Of a DNA stretch of 64,000 bases, positions 39,090 through 48,561 are shown in pieces. The notes under the pieces were generated by a model. It saw only the letters and a list, made by a program, of their open reading frames with translations. It ran no database searches and was not told the origin of the DNA. Each line of letters starts with the position of its first letter. Position 1 is the first letter of the stretch. A program made the position numbers and the translations under genes. Origin of the DNA: Minisyncoccia bacterium (GTDB lineage: Bacteria; Pseudomonadota; Gammaproteobacteria; Burkholderiales; Burkholderiaceae_D); NCBI GenBank assembly GCA_047621345.1, contig JBLHLW010000016.1:4592-68591 (forward strand), given 5' to 3'.

Positions 39090-39677
39090 TTATTTCAGCA
39101 AGACTGCCAGTTCGACAGCGGTCTTCACATTCATCTTGTCGAAGATATGGGCGCGGTGGACTTCGACGGTGCGCATGCTGATGCCGAGTTGGTCGGCGAT
39201 GACTTTGTTCATTTTGCCGATCAGAATTAACTCCAAGACTTCGCGTTCACGTGCCGACAGGCTCTCTAGCCGCACCTGCACCAGCGCCCGGACGCCCGCG
39301 TCGCGCGACGCCGCCAGCGCTTCTTCGACGCGGTCGATCAGTTTGTTATCGTTGAACGGTTTTTCAAAAAAGTCGAAGGCGCCGCGCTTGAGGCTGTCGA
39401 CGGCCATCGGCACATCACCATGGCCGGTCAGGAAAATCACGGGTAGCCGAAGGGTCAGCTTGCGCTTGGCCATGATGTCAAACAGCACGGCGCCGCTGGT
39501 TTCTGGCATGCGGATATCGAGCAGTACGCAGTCACCCTGCGGGTCGAAGACAGCTTGCTCGACCGCTGCCAGAAAGGTATCGGCACCGTCATAGGCTTTG
39601 GCGGTGATCCCACGCGAGCGGGCCAGCCAGCTCAGCGAGTCGCGGATCGCTTCTTCATCATCAACGATATGCAGCAT
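39090..39677 (-). CDS. dctR: FixJ/LuxR-type response regulator (DctR-like)
   Basis: VDDE, LDIRMP, LTGHGDVPMAV, TVEVHRA HTH; linked to a TRAP dct operon. Confidence 0.85.
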   Translation of the reverse strand: MLHIVDDEEAIRDSLSWLARSRGITAKAYDGADTFLAAVEQAVFDPQGDCVLLDIRMPETSGAVLFDIMAKRKLTLRLPVIFLTGHGDVPMAVDSLKRGAFDFFEKPFNDNKLIDRVEEALAASRDAGVRALVQVRLESLSAREREVLELILIGKMNKVIADQLGISMRTVEVHRAHIFDKMNVKTAVELAVLLK

Positions 39678-39707
39678 CGGAAATCCTGTCTCTGAAAGTG
39701 GGCGCCG

Positions 39708-41753
39708 TTAGGTCCGTGGCGGGATGGCCAACTCGTCGTCGGCGAACGGCAGGGCGAACTGAAAAATAGTGCCTCCGGCCGGGTTGGTCGCGTGGGTCAA
39801 CCTGCCGCCGTGGAACTCGATGGCGGTGCGGCAGATGTTGAGGCCCATCCCCATCCCTTCCGATTTAGTCGAAAAGAACGGCGAGTATAGTCGCTCCGCA
39901 ACATTTTCCGGTATGCCGTGGCCTTGATCAATGATCTCGATCAGCACGGCCGGCTGGCCGGCCGCCGTCAACGTGCGGCTCAGGCAAAGACGCAGCAGAC
40001 GTTGTCTGGACGGCATCTGCTGCATCGATTCGATTGCGTTACGGGTCAGGTTGAGGATGACTTGTTCGAGCAGGACGCGGTCACCTAGCACCATCGGCAG
40101 GTCGGCTGCGACGGTGATCACGATTCTGGTGACCGACGGTTGGGCCTGCAAAGCAATCAGTGGCTCAAGGGTGTCGAGGATGGCGGCCATGCTGACCGCT
40201 TCGCGCAGCGGTTCGCGCTGCTTGACGAACGCATGCACGCTGCGAATAATCTGGCCGGCGCGCAGCGCTTGGGCGGCGGCTTTTTCGAGCGCCGGTTTAA
40301 GTAGCGCGCGATGGTCGTCGCCACTGTTGGTCGGGTCACTCAACAAGTTCAGCGCGCCGGTGGTGTAGCTCGAAATGGCGGCGAGTGGCTGATTGAGTTC
40401 ATGCGCTAGCGTTGACGCGATTTCGCCCATGCTGGCCAGACGTGCGCTGGCCTGCAGTTTTTCTTGCTGGCGCAAATTGAGGTCTTCGGCTTGCTTGCTC
40501 TCGGTGATGTCGAGTATGGAACCCATCCAGCCGGTCTGTTTGCCGTCGAGGTCGCGCAGGGCCGATTCAAAAATCAGGACGGGAAAGCGTTCGCCATTGG
40601 CGCGCTGAAAAATCGTCTCGAAGCCTTTCTGGGTGACCGTGCCCGCCATGACTTCGGCAAAGCGCTTCTCGTAATCCGGCGTCGCTTCCGGGGCCCAATA
40701 GGGCATCGGTGGCAACTTGCCGATCAAGCTTTCGGCTGGCATGTCGACCATTTTGCAGAAGGCCGGATTGGCGTAGGTGACGCGTCCTTCCAGGTCGCGT
40801 GCGCGCAAGCCTGTTACCAGGGAGTTTTCCATGGCGGTACGAAAGGTCACCTGTTCGCGCAAGGCGCCCTCGGTGGCGAGGCGGCGGTTGATGTCGCGCC
40901 ACAGCGCCCACAGACTCCAGACCAATCCCAGCGACAGGGCAATGACCGAACCCATCAGCAGGTTAGGCAGCAAGCGTGGTGCTGCCTTGACGCTATTGGT
41001 GCGCAGCGTCACGGTTTGACCGTTCAGGTCGAGCGTACGCTGATGGGTGTAGACGCCGCGTCCGGGACCGCCGGCCGCACGCCGTGCGATCAGTTTGTCG
41101 TCGATGTCGAGCAGATCGATCTGATTATCTTGGGCAAACCACCACGGCACCATTTCGTCGAGGATGGCACTGGTGGAGTACGACAGCATTAGCGCACCAC
41201 GATATTTTTTTTCTGTAAACATGGGGACGAAATAGTCGAACAGCACCGGGCTTGCCGCCCCTAATTGCGCCATTGGTCGGCTATAGCTCGGCACCTTGCT
41301 ATCGATCGCGTGGGCCAGCGCTTCTTGTGCCGGCAACGGCCATTGCGTCAGCGTCTGCGGCAAATCGTTGTAGCCGTTGCTGGCAAGGGTGTTGCCTTCG
41401 GCATCGAGCCAGCCGATGCGCTTGATTTCCCGGGTTCCGGTCAGCAGCGTCGCCGCGCGATCATTGAATTTTTGAGGCGGCAGCTGACCGTCGAGGATTT
41501 CGGAGGCGATCAGTCGCAGGCTTTCGTTGCTGCGATCGAGCTGGAAGCGGATGGTTTGCTCGACCCACAAGGTATCGGCGATCAGTTGTTCCTGGCGTTC
41601 GTTACTTTCCATCCGTTGGGCCTGCCAAGGCAGTCCGGTCAGGATGCCAAGGAATAACAACACCAGCACACCCGGCAGCACCCAGCGCCATGTCTGGCGG
41701 CGCACTGCTGCGAGCGGATTGAACAAAGAGGGCAGCGGCGTCATGGTCAGCAT
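39708..41753 (-). CDS. dctS: PAS-domain sensor histidine kinase (DctS-like)
   Basis: Two TMs, PAS domain, AHELNQPL H-box, NLTRNA, DQGHG, GMGMGL. Confidence 0.87.
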   Translation of the reverse strand: MLTMTPLPSLFNPLAAVRRQTWRWVLPGVLVLLFLGILTGLPWQAQRMESNERQEQLIADTLWVEQTIRFQLDRSNESLRLIASEILDGQLPPQKFNDRAATLLTGTREIKRIGWLDAEGNTLASNGYNDLPQTLTQWPLPAQEALAHAIDSKVPSYSRPMAQLGAASPVLFDYFVPMFTEKKYRGALMLSYSTSAILDEMVPWWFAQDNQIDLLDIDDKLIARRAAGGPGRGVYTHQRTLDLNGQTVTLRTNSVKAAPRLLPNLLMGSVIALSLGLVWSLWALWRDINRRLATEGALREQVTFRTAMENSLVTGLRARDLEGRVTYANPAFCKMVDMPAESLIGKLPPMPYWAPEATPDYEKRFAEVMAGTVTQKGFETIFQRANGERFPVLIFESALRDLDGKQTGWMGSILDITESKQAEDLNLRQQEKLQASARLASMGEIASTLAHELNQPLAAISSYTTGALNLLSDPTNSGDDHRALLKPALEKAAAQALRAGQIIRSVHAFVKQREPLREAVSMAAILDTLEPLIALQAQPSVTRIVITVAADLPMVLGDRVLLEQVILNLTRNAIESMQQMPSRQRLLRLCLSRTLTAAGQPAVLIEIIDQGHGIPENVAERLYSPFFSTKSEGMGMGLNICRTAIEFHGGRLTHATNPAGGTIFQFALPFADDELAIPPRT

Positions 41754-41874
41754 ACAAAATCGGGCCTCCAGTGTAGCCGAGCGCGACTGCGGTTATCCAC
41801 AGTTGATTCGGATAAGGCCGGTCACGACAATAGCGACTGAAAAAAATCACCCGACGAATCACCCTGGAGATCTC

Positions 41875-42888
41875 ATGCAACGACGTACATTCACCCTGTC
41901 TACTCTGGCCCTGTCGGCAGCCTTGCTCATGAGCAGTAACGCGATGGCGCAAACACCGATCATCATCAAGTTCAGCCACGTGGTGGCCAACGATACGCCG
42001 AAGGGTAAGGCTGCAGAGCGATTCCGGGAATTGGTTGAAAAAAACCTGAAAGGTCGCGTCAAGGTCGAGTTGTATCCGAACAGCACGCTCTACAAAGACA
42101 AGGAAGAGCTCGAGGCGCTGCAGCTTGGTGCTGTTCAAATGCTGGCACCGTCGCTGGCCAAGTTCGGTCCACTGGGCGTCAAGGAATTTGAACTGTTCGA
42201 CCTGCCGTACATTTTTCCGGGTAAGGACGTGTTGTACCGCGTCACCGAAGGTCCAATCGGCAAGGATCTCTTCAATAAGCTTGAAACAAAAGGCATTACC
42301 GGGTTGGCTTTTTGGGACAATGGCTTCAAGGTCATGTCCGCCAACAAGCCACTGAAAACACCGGCTGATTTCAAGGGCCTGAAGATGCGTATCCAGTCAT
42401 CCAAGGTACTCGATGCCCAGATGCGCGCACTGGGTGCGAACCCGCAAGTGCTGGCTTTCTCCGAGGTCTATCAGGCGCTGCAGACCGGCGTAGTTGATGG
42501 CACTGAAAATCCGCCTTCGAACCTGTACACCCAGAAAATGCATGAAGTCCAAAGTAATGTGACGGTCTCGAACCACGGTTACTTGGGCTACGCCGTCATC
42601 GTCAACAAGAAGTTCTGGGATGGCTTGCCGGCTGATGTGCGCACTGGTCTCGAAGCAGCAATGAAAGACGCCACCAAGTACGCCAACGCGATTGCCCAAC
42701 AAGAGAACGACAAGGCACTCGACGCAGTTCGCAAGTCTGGCAAGACGGATGTTTACGTCTTGAACGAAACCGAAAAAGCCGAATGGCGCAAAGCCTTGCT
42801 GCCGGTCCGTAAAGATATGGAGTCGCGTATCGGCAAGGATCTGATCAATTCCGTTGCCAAGGAAGCGACGACGCTCGGTTACAAGTAA
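41875..42888 (+). CDS. dctP: TRAP C4-dicarboxylate binding protein
   Basis: KFSHVVANDTPKG, WDNGFK, KMRIQ, TGVVDGTEN. GGAG precedes the ATG at 41875. Confidence 0.96.
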   Translation: MQRRTFTLSTLALSAALLMSSNAMAQTPIIIKFSHVVANDTPKGKAAERFRELVEKNLKGRVKVELYPNSTLYKDKEELEALQLGAVQMLAPSLAKFGPLGVKEFELFDLPYIFPGKDVLYRVTEGPIGKDLFNKLETKGITGLAFWDNGFKVMSANKPLKTPADFKGLKMRIQSSKVLDAQMRALGANPQVLAFSEVYQALQTGVVDGTENPPSNLYTQKMHEVQSNVTVSNHGYLGYAVIVNKKFWDGLPADVRTGLEAAMKDATKYANAIAQQENDKALDAVRKSGKTDVYVLNETEKAEWRKALLPVRKDMESRIGKDLINSVAKEATTLGYK

Positions 42889-42948
42889 TCGGACATGGCT
42901 GGCTGAAATAACTGCATGAAGTCACTGCAGCCAAGCACTTGCAGTCAC

Positions 42949-42972
42949 GCAGCGGGACGCTCGTCCCGCTGC
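42949..42972 (+). other. Perfect 10-bp stem-loop between dctP and dctQ
   Basis: GCAGCGGGAC-GCTC-GTCCCGCTGC with no U-tract; probably an mRNA-stability or processing hairpin. Confidence 0.65.
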
Positions 42973-43058
42973 AGAACGACCTACGTATCAACAGCATCAC
43001 CCGCCTCACAGTAAGTTTGTACAGCACAATAAAAACAACCATTTGCAGGGAGTTCCCC

Positions 43059-43619
43059 ATGAAATTGCTCGACCATCTCGAGGAGTGGCTTATTGCCGCA
43101 CTGATGGCGTCGGCCACCGTGATCATTTTTGTCGCTGTGATCCATCGCTATCTGTCCGGCTTGCCGATTCCCTACATGCAGGATTACCTGATCAGCCTCA
43201 ATACCAGCTGGGCTCAGGAGCTGTGCATTTATCTATTCGTCTGGATGGCCAAATTCGGCGCTGCTTATGGTGTGCGTACTGGCATCCACGTTGGCGTCGA
43301 TGTCCTGATCAACCAGCTCAATACGCCATGGCGCAACAAGTTTGTCGTCTTCGGCTTACTTTCCGGCGCGACGTTTACCGCCATCGTCGGCACGCTGGGA
43401 GCGAGTTTTGTCTACCAGATTGCGCAGCATTCCAGTACGTCCGAAGTGATGGAGGTCCCGATGTGGATCGTCTATCTGGCCGTGCCGCTCGGCTCGTACC
43501 TGATGTCGTTCCGTTTCCTGCAAGTGACCTGGGCTTTCATCAAGACCGGCGAGTTGCCCAAGCATGACCATTCGTTTGTCGAAGGTCTCGAAGAAGAAGT
43601 TGCAGGGGGCAAGGCATGA
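43059..43619 (+). CDS. dctQ: TRAP transporter small permease
   Basis: LEEWLIA, WAQELCIYLFVW, GIHVGVD. GGGAG precedes the ATG at 43059. Confidence 0.94.
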   Translation: MKLLDHLEEWLIAALMASATVIIFVAVIHRYLSGLPIPYMQDYLISLNTSWAQELCIYLFVWMAKFGAAYGVRTGIHVGVDVLINQLNTPWRNKFVVFGLLSGATFTAIVGTLGASFVYQIAQHSSTSEVMEVPMWIVYLAVPLGSYLMSFRFLQVTWAFIKTGELPKHDHSFVEGLEEEVAGGKA

Positions 43620-44896
43620 ACGCACTGATTATTTTTGTATTGTTGTTCACGTTGATGTTGACGGGCATGCCGATCTCGATTTCGCTCGGTCTGACGGTAC
43701 TGACGTTCCTGTTTACGATGACCGATGTGCCGATCGAATCGGTGGCCCTGAAGCTGTTCACCGGCATTGAGAAATTCGAAATCATGGCGATCCCGTTCTT
43801 TATTCTGGCGGGAAATTTCTTGACCCACGGTGGGGTAGCGCGACGCATGATTAACTTCGCCTCGTCGATGGTCGGGCACTGGCATGGTGGTCTGGCGCTC
43901 GCTGGCGTGATGGCTTGTGCATTGTTCGCGGCGGTTTCGGGTTCGTCGCCAGCGACCGTCGTGGCGATTGGCTCGATCATCCTGCCGGCGATGGTGAAGC
44001 AAGGTTATCCGAAGAGTTTCGGTGCCGGCGTCATTACCACCTCCGGTGCGCTCGGCATCCTGATCCCACCCTCGATCGTGATGGTGATGTATTCGGTTTC
44101 GACCAACACGTCGGTTGGCAAGTTATTCATGGCCGGCGTGATTCCCGGCATCATGCTGGCGTTTTTCCTCGGACTGACGACTTGGTATCTGGCGCGCAAA
44201 AACAATTATCCGAAGCTCAAGAAAGCGACCTGGGCGGAGCGCGGCGCCGCCTTTCGCAAGAGCGCCTGGGGTCTGCTGCTGATCGTTATTGTCATGGGCG
44301 GCATCTACAGTGGCAAGTTCACGCCGACCGAAGCCGCAGCAATGGCCGCAGTCTACGCGTTCGTCGTAGCGGTGTTCGTCTACAAGGACATGAGCATGAA
44401 GCAGGTGCCGAAGGTCTTGCTGGATTCGGCAGCGATGTCGGCGATGCTGCTCTACATCATCACGAATGCGGTGCTGTTTTCGTTCCTGATCACCAGCGAA
44501 AATATTCCGCAATCCATGGCTGCCGTGATCACTGACATGGGCATGGGGCCGATCGGTTTCCTGCTGGTCGTGAACGTCCTGTTACTGCTGGCAGGTAACG
44601 TGATGGAGCCCTCATCGATTGTGCTGATCATGGCGCCCATCCTGTTTCCGGTGGCGATGAAGCTGGGTATCGACCCGGTCCACTTCGGCATCCTGATTAT
44701 CGTCAACATGGAAGTCGGCATGTGCCATCCGCCGGTGGGGTTGAACCTGTATGTCGCGTCCGGGATTACCAAGATGGGTATTACCGAGTTGACTGTGGCG
44801 GTCTGGCCATGGCTGCTGACAATGCTGGCTTTCCTCGGATTGGTGACCTATGTGCCTGCGATTTCACTGTGGTTGCCTAACTTGATTTACAACTGA
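43616..44896 (+). CDS. dctM: TRAP transporter large permease
   Basis: AIPFFILAG, SGSSPAT, LIPPSI, DPVHFG, HPPVGLNL. Confidence 0.96.
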   Translation: MNALIIFVLLFTLMLTGMPISISLGLTVLTFLFTMTDVPIESVALKLFTGIEKFEIMAIPFFILAGNFLTHGGVARRMINFASSMVGHWHGGLALAGVMACALFAAVSGSSPATVVAIGSIILPAMVKQGYPKSFGAGVITTSGALGILIPPSIVMVMYSVSTNTSVGKLFMAGVIPGIMLAFFLGLTTWYLARKNNYPKLKKATWAERGAAFRKSAWGLLLIVIVMGGIYSGKFTPTEAAAMAAVYAFVVAVFVYKDMSMKQVPKVLLDSAAMSAMLLYIITNAVLFSFLITSENIPQSMAAVITDMGMGPIGFLLVVNVLLLLAGNVMEPSSIVLIMAPILFPVAMKLGIDPVHFGILIIVNMEVGMCHPPVGLNLYVASGITKMGITELTVAVWPWLLTMLAFLGLVTYVPAISLWLPNLIYN

Positions 44897-44908
44897 CCCG
44901 TGAGTCAC

Positions 44909-44936
44909 TTTCATGGTGCGTTGCAGCACCATGAAA
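44909..44936. terminator. Probable terminator hairpin after dctM
   Basis: TTTCATGGTGC-GTTGCA-GCACCATGAAA, 12 nt after the stop. The plus-strand U-tract is weak. Confidence 0.55.
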
Positions 44937-45238
44937 AGATTGTGCACAATGTGAAATATCTTGCTTGACGGCAGATTCAATATGTCCGAGACTCCGGTCA
45001 GCGTTGAGGAAATGGCATTCAAATGGTGCAACCAGCCAGCCATGGATTTTCGATGAGCAGGTAAGGCAGGTCAGAATCATGAGGTGGATGGCGCTGATAA
45101 AACGGTATCGATACCGCAGTGAAGAGGAGACGCGTGTTTCGATAAAGCTGTTTAAACAGCATGGAGACACAAGCATGGCTTAAGGCGCATCAGATGATGC
45201 GCCTTTTTTATTGGCTTATTTGTTCTATCCTTCCTGTT

Positions 45239-45736
45239 ATGAAAACACGCTCAAGCAGCACCCTTTTTTCCGTGATCGTCCCGGCTCCTTTCGGTGCGAT
45301 CGGGTTGCGTACTGGCACTGACGTGGTGCAAGAGTTGGTCTATTTGCCGCCTTCATTTCCAGCCCGTCCAGCCACTGACGCGCTCGCTGAACGGGCTGGA
45401 AAGCAGATTAACCGTTATCTGTCCGACCCGGATTTCCGTTTCGATTTACCGTTGGCCGATGTCGGTACAGCGTTTCAGCGCAAGGTGTGGGCCGTCATTG
45501 CCGCGATCCCGCGCGGCGACGTGTTGACGTATGGCGAGGTCGCGAAGATCATCGGTTCGGCACCGCGCGCGGTGGGTCAGGCCTGCGGTGCCAATTGGTT
45601 TCCGCTGCTCATTGCCTGCCACCGCGTGACGGCCGCCGGCGGATTGGGCGGTTTTTCGCATGACGACAATGCCGCCGGATTTCATCTCGGCGTGAAACGT
45701 TGGCTGCTCGCCCATGAAGGCGTGACCGATGTCTGA
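45239..45736 (+). CDS. ogt: Methylated-DNA--protein-cysteine methyltransferase
   Basis: GTAFQRKVW, IPRGDVLTYG, RAVGQACGAN, active site ACHRV (canonical PCHRV). Confidence 0.9.
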   Translation: MKTRSSSTLFSVIVPAPFGAIGLRTGTDVVQELVYLPPSFPARPATDALAERAGKQINRYLSDPDFRFDLPLADVGTAFQRKVWAVIAAIPRGDVLTYGEVAKIIGSAPRAVGQACGANWFPLLIACHRVTAAGGLGGFSHDDNAAGFHLGVKRWLLAHEGVTDV

Positions 45737-46652
45737 TGCGGCCACCCTGAGTGCCGACAGTCGCCAGCACATCGATGCTTTTTGCGACACGCTGTGGCTA
45801 GAGGATGGTCTGGCGAAAAATTCGCTGGAGGCCTACCGCCGTGACCTGACGGCGTTCGCGCTATGGCTTGCTCAGCCTGCTCGGACTGAGCAGACGGGTT
45901 TGCTGACGGTGGCAGCGGCGGACATCAACGGCTATTTTGCAGCGCGTCATGACGCCTCCAAAGCCACCACGGCGAATCGTCGGCTGGCAGTGCTCAAACG
46001 GTTCTATCAACTGGCGCTGCGCAACAGCCAGATCACCGAGAATCCTTGCCTCAAGCTTCATTCGGCCAAGCAAGCGCCGCGCTTTCCGAAAACGCTGTCG
46101 GAAACCAATGTCGAGGCGCTGCTGGCGGCGCCCGATGTGACGACGCCTCTCGGACTACGCGACCGGACGATGCTTGAACTGATGTACGCCAGCGGTTTGC
46201 GCGTGACCGAACTGGTGTTGCTCAAAGCGATCGAGGTCAGCCTCAATGACGGCGTGGTGCGTGTCACCGGCAAGGGCAACAAGACGCGCCTGGTACCGTT
46301 TGGCGAAGAAGCACGCAGCTGGATTGAACGCTATCTGGCAGAGGCCCGTGCGCAGATTCTGGCCGGACAGATGGACGATGCGTTGTTCGTGACCGCGCGC
46401 GGTGGACCAATGACGCGGCAGATGTTCTGGGTGGTCGTGAAAAAATGTGCCGCACGCGCCGAGATCACTGCACCGCTGTCGCCGCACACGTTGCGTCATG
46501 CGTTTGCCACACATTTGCTGAATCACGGCGCGGACTTGCGCGTGGTGCAATTGCTGCTCGGTCATGCGGATATCTCGACTACGCAAATTTATACCTATGT
46601 CGCGCGCGAACGACTCAAGGTTCTGCACGCGGCGCACCATCCGCGCGGCTAA
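45729..46652 (+). CDS. xerD: Site-specific tyrosine recombinase XerD
   Basis: WLEDGLAKNSLEAYRRD, GLRVTEL, GKGNK, HTLRH, LGHADISTTQIY, HHPRG end. Confidence 0.96.
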   Translation: MSDAATLSADSRQHIDAFCDTLWLEDGLAKNSLEAYRRDLTAFALWLAQPARTEQTGLLTVAAADINGYFAARHDASKATTANRRLAVLKRFYQLALRNSQITENPCLKLHSAKQAPRFPKTLSETNVEALLAAPDVTTPLGLRDRTMLELMYASGLRVTELVLLKAIEVSLNDGVVRVTGKGNKTRLVPFGEEARSWIERYLAEARAQILAGQMDDALFVTARGGPMTRQMFWVVVKKCAARAEITAPLSPHTLRHAFATHLLNHGADLRVVQLLLGHADISTTQIYTYVARERLKVLHAAHHPRG

Positions 46653-46805
46653 CCTGCCAATGCAGGAAATAATATAAACGATTTCATGCCGGTGGTTTCT
46701 CGGGCGGTCGGAATCCTGTATCCTCCGATGAACGGCTGTGCACCATCAAGCCAGTCAGGTGGTGGCACTTTATTTCCTATCGGTATCGCTTAAAAGGGTG
46801 AGACA

Positions 46806-47015
46806 TTGGCAAAGACAAATTTCCAGTACGAACGTCGACAAAAAGACCTCGAAAAAAAGCGCAAGAAAGAAGAAAAACTCAAGCGCAAAGCCGACAAGAA
46901 GGATGAGCCGGGCGAGGGCGTCGAAGGCGCGGAACCGGTTGATGGGGTCGATTCGGACGATGCGGATGACACGGATGATACGGATGGCGTAGAGCCGGCT
47001 GCAGAGCCCAAATAA
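46806..47015 (+). CDS. Small charge-polarised hypothetical protein
   Basis: 69 aa from TTG with an upstream AAGGGTGAG. Basic N-half (QYERRQKDLEKKRKKEEK) and acidic C-half. Confidence 0.75.
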   Translation: MAKTNFQYERRQKDLEKKRKKEEKLKRKADKKDEPGEGVEGAEPVDGVDSDDADDTDDTDGVEPAAEPK

Positions 47016-47021
47016 TAGCGA

Positions 47022-48008
47022 TCAGACGGACTCGGTGTCGGCGTGCTTTCCGAACAGCCTGATACGCACCAATACCTGACCATGATCGGACGCCGCCGCC
47101 AAGCGTAATCCGACATGGTCGTTGAGGTACAGCACTTCCAAGACCTCCCCGATCGCATAGTTCGAGCCGGGATGAAATTCCTCTGACACCAGCACATGAT
47201 CGAGCGTCTGGTAAGCACCGTCATGCAGATGGGTGTACCCGATGTCGCGCGAGCGGTCCCGTCCGGTCTGAATGCGGGTGCTGTCGAATAGCCGTTCGTA
47301 GAGCGCGCTCTTGCCATGCCGGCCCGTGCCCATCACCATCTGGGTCGAGACGGCGCCAGCATCATCATTGAAATCTCCCATCACTACTAGTGGGCCGCGC
47401 TGCGCCAGTTGCAGGTCGGTCAGCAGATAGCGCAGACCGAGTGCATCGGTGCCGCGCTTGATCAGCGAGCGCAACGACGCCATGCCCAGGTGGTAGGGGT
47501 CGTCCTCGGTTTCGTCGGCATTCCAGTCGGGACGTTTCGACTTCATGTGTGTCACGAATGCCTGTAGCGTGCCGCCACCGGGTAGGGTCAGCGGGACTTG
47601 CAGGACTGGTCGTGTGAATTGCGTCATCGGTGCTGGGGTCCCAGGCAGCGTGATCGACAGCTGGCGCGGCAACGCCTGGTGCAATATCGGCAAGCCCGCT
47701 AGTGGCAGGCGCGACACCAGTGCGACACTGGGCGTGAGCTGGCCATCGCGCGGCTGCGGATCGCTGCCGGCGTGATGCGCATGGCGGTAATGCTGGGTCC
47801 GGGCCAGCACATCGCGCAGTGCATCCTGCGAAAAAATTTCTTGAAAACCAATCACGTCGGCATCGAGCCGATCAATCTGCTGTGCCAGCCAGCTGATCTT
47901 GTCATCGTATTGGCGGATCGAGTAAGGTTCCTGCCCGTCATAAAAACGCGCGCCCGGTAGCGCAAGATTCAAGACATTGAAGGTTGCGAAGCGGATTTCA
48001 TGCTGCAT
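47022..48008 (-). CDS. Endonuclease/exonuclease/phosphatase (EEP) family protein
   Basis: ATFNVLNL, DVIGFQE, THMKSKRP, GDFND, LDHVLVS, SDHG. Start at MQHE (48008). Confidence 0.9.
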   Translation of the reverse strand: MQHEIRFATFNVLNLALPGARFYDGQEPYSIRQYDDKISWLAQQIDRLDADVIGFQEIFSQDALRDVLARTQHYRHAHHAGSDPQPRDGQLTPSVALVSRLPLAGLPILHQALPRQLSITLPGTPAPMTQFTRPVLQVPLTLPGGGTLQAFVTHMKSKRPDWNADETEDDPYHLGMASLRSLIKRGTDALGLRYLLTDLQLAQRGPLVVMGDFNDDAGAVSTQMVMGTGRHGKSALYERLFDSTRIQTGRDRSRDIGYTHLHDGAYQTLDHVLVSEEFHPGSNYAIGEVLEVLYLNDHVGLRLAAASDHGQVLVRIRLFGKHADTESV

Positions 48009-48045
48009 AATCAGGCTCCTTATTTGACGGATCAGCGTAGCACGC

Positions 48046-48540
48046 ATGGCAAAAAAAGATCACATCAGCGCAACCCCGGCCACGGCCTTGCTGCGCAAGC
48101 TCGGAGTCGCTTTCAGCGAGCACCCGTATGACTACGAAGACCACGGCGGTACGGGTGTCTCTGCGCGCGAACTTGGCGTCGCCGAACATGCGGTCGTGAA
48201 GACGCTGGTGATGCAGGACGATGGCGGCCATGCGCTGATCGTGTTGATGCATGGCGACTGCAAGGTCTCGACCAAGAATCTGGCGCGCCAGATCGGCTGC
48301 AAGTCCGTCGAGCCGTGCAAGCCGGAGGTAGCACAACGTCACTCCGGTTATCAGATCGGTGGCACCTCGCCGTTCGCGACGCGCAAGGCGCTGCCGGTCT
48401 ATGTCGAGGAAGGCATTCTGGCGCTCGATAAAATCTACATCAATGGCGGGCGGCGCGGATTCCTGATCGGCATTGCACCGGCAGTCCTGACGCAGGTGGT
48501 GGCCGCGATCGCGGTCCACTGCGCGCTCGACGACCAATAA
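48046..48540 (+). CDS. ybaK: Cys-tRNA(Pro) deacylase
   Basis: VVKTLV, HSGYQIGGTSPF, INGGRRG. Confidence 0.94.
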   Translation: MAKKDHISATPATALLRKLGVAFSEHPYDYEDHGGTGVSARELGVAEHAVVKTLVMQDDGGHALIVLMHGDCKVSTKNLARQIGCKSVEPCKPEVAQRHSGYQIGGTSPFATRKALPVYVEEGILALDKIYINGGRRGFLIGIAPAVLTQVVAAIAVHCALDDQ

Positions 48541-48561
48541 AAAATTCAATTCGGAGCATCC

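Noticed and set aside
45147-45160. LexA box upstream of ogt-xerD
   Set aside because: CTGT-N4-ACAG has the wrong spacing; the beta/gamma-proteobacterial SOS box is CTGT-N8-ACAG.
45729-46652. Tyrosine recombinase as a phage or island integrase
   Set aside because: Length, motifs and the housekeeping neighbourhood match chromosomal XerD; no dif site was seen.
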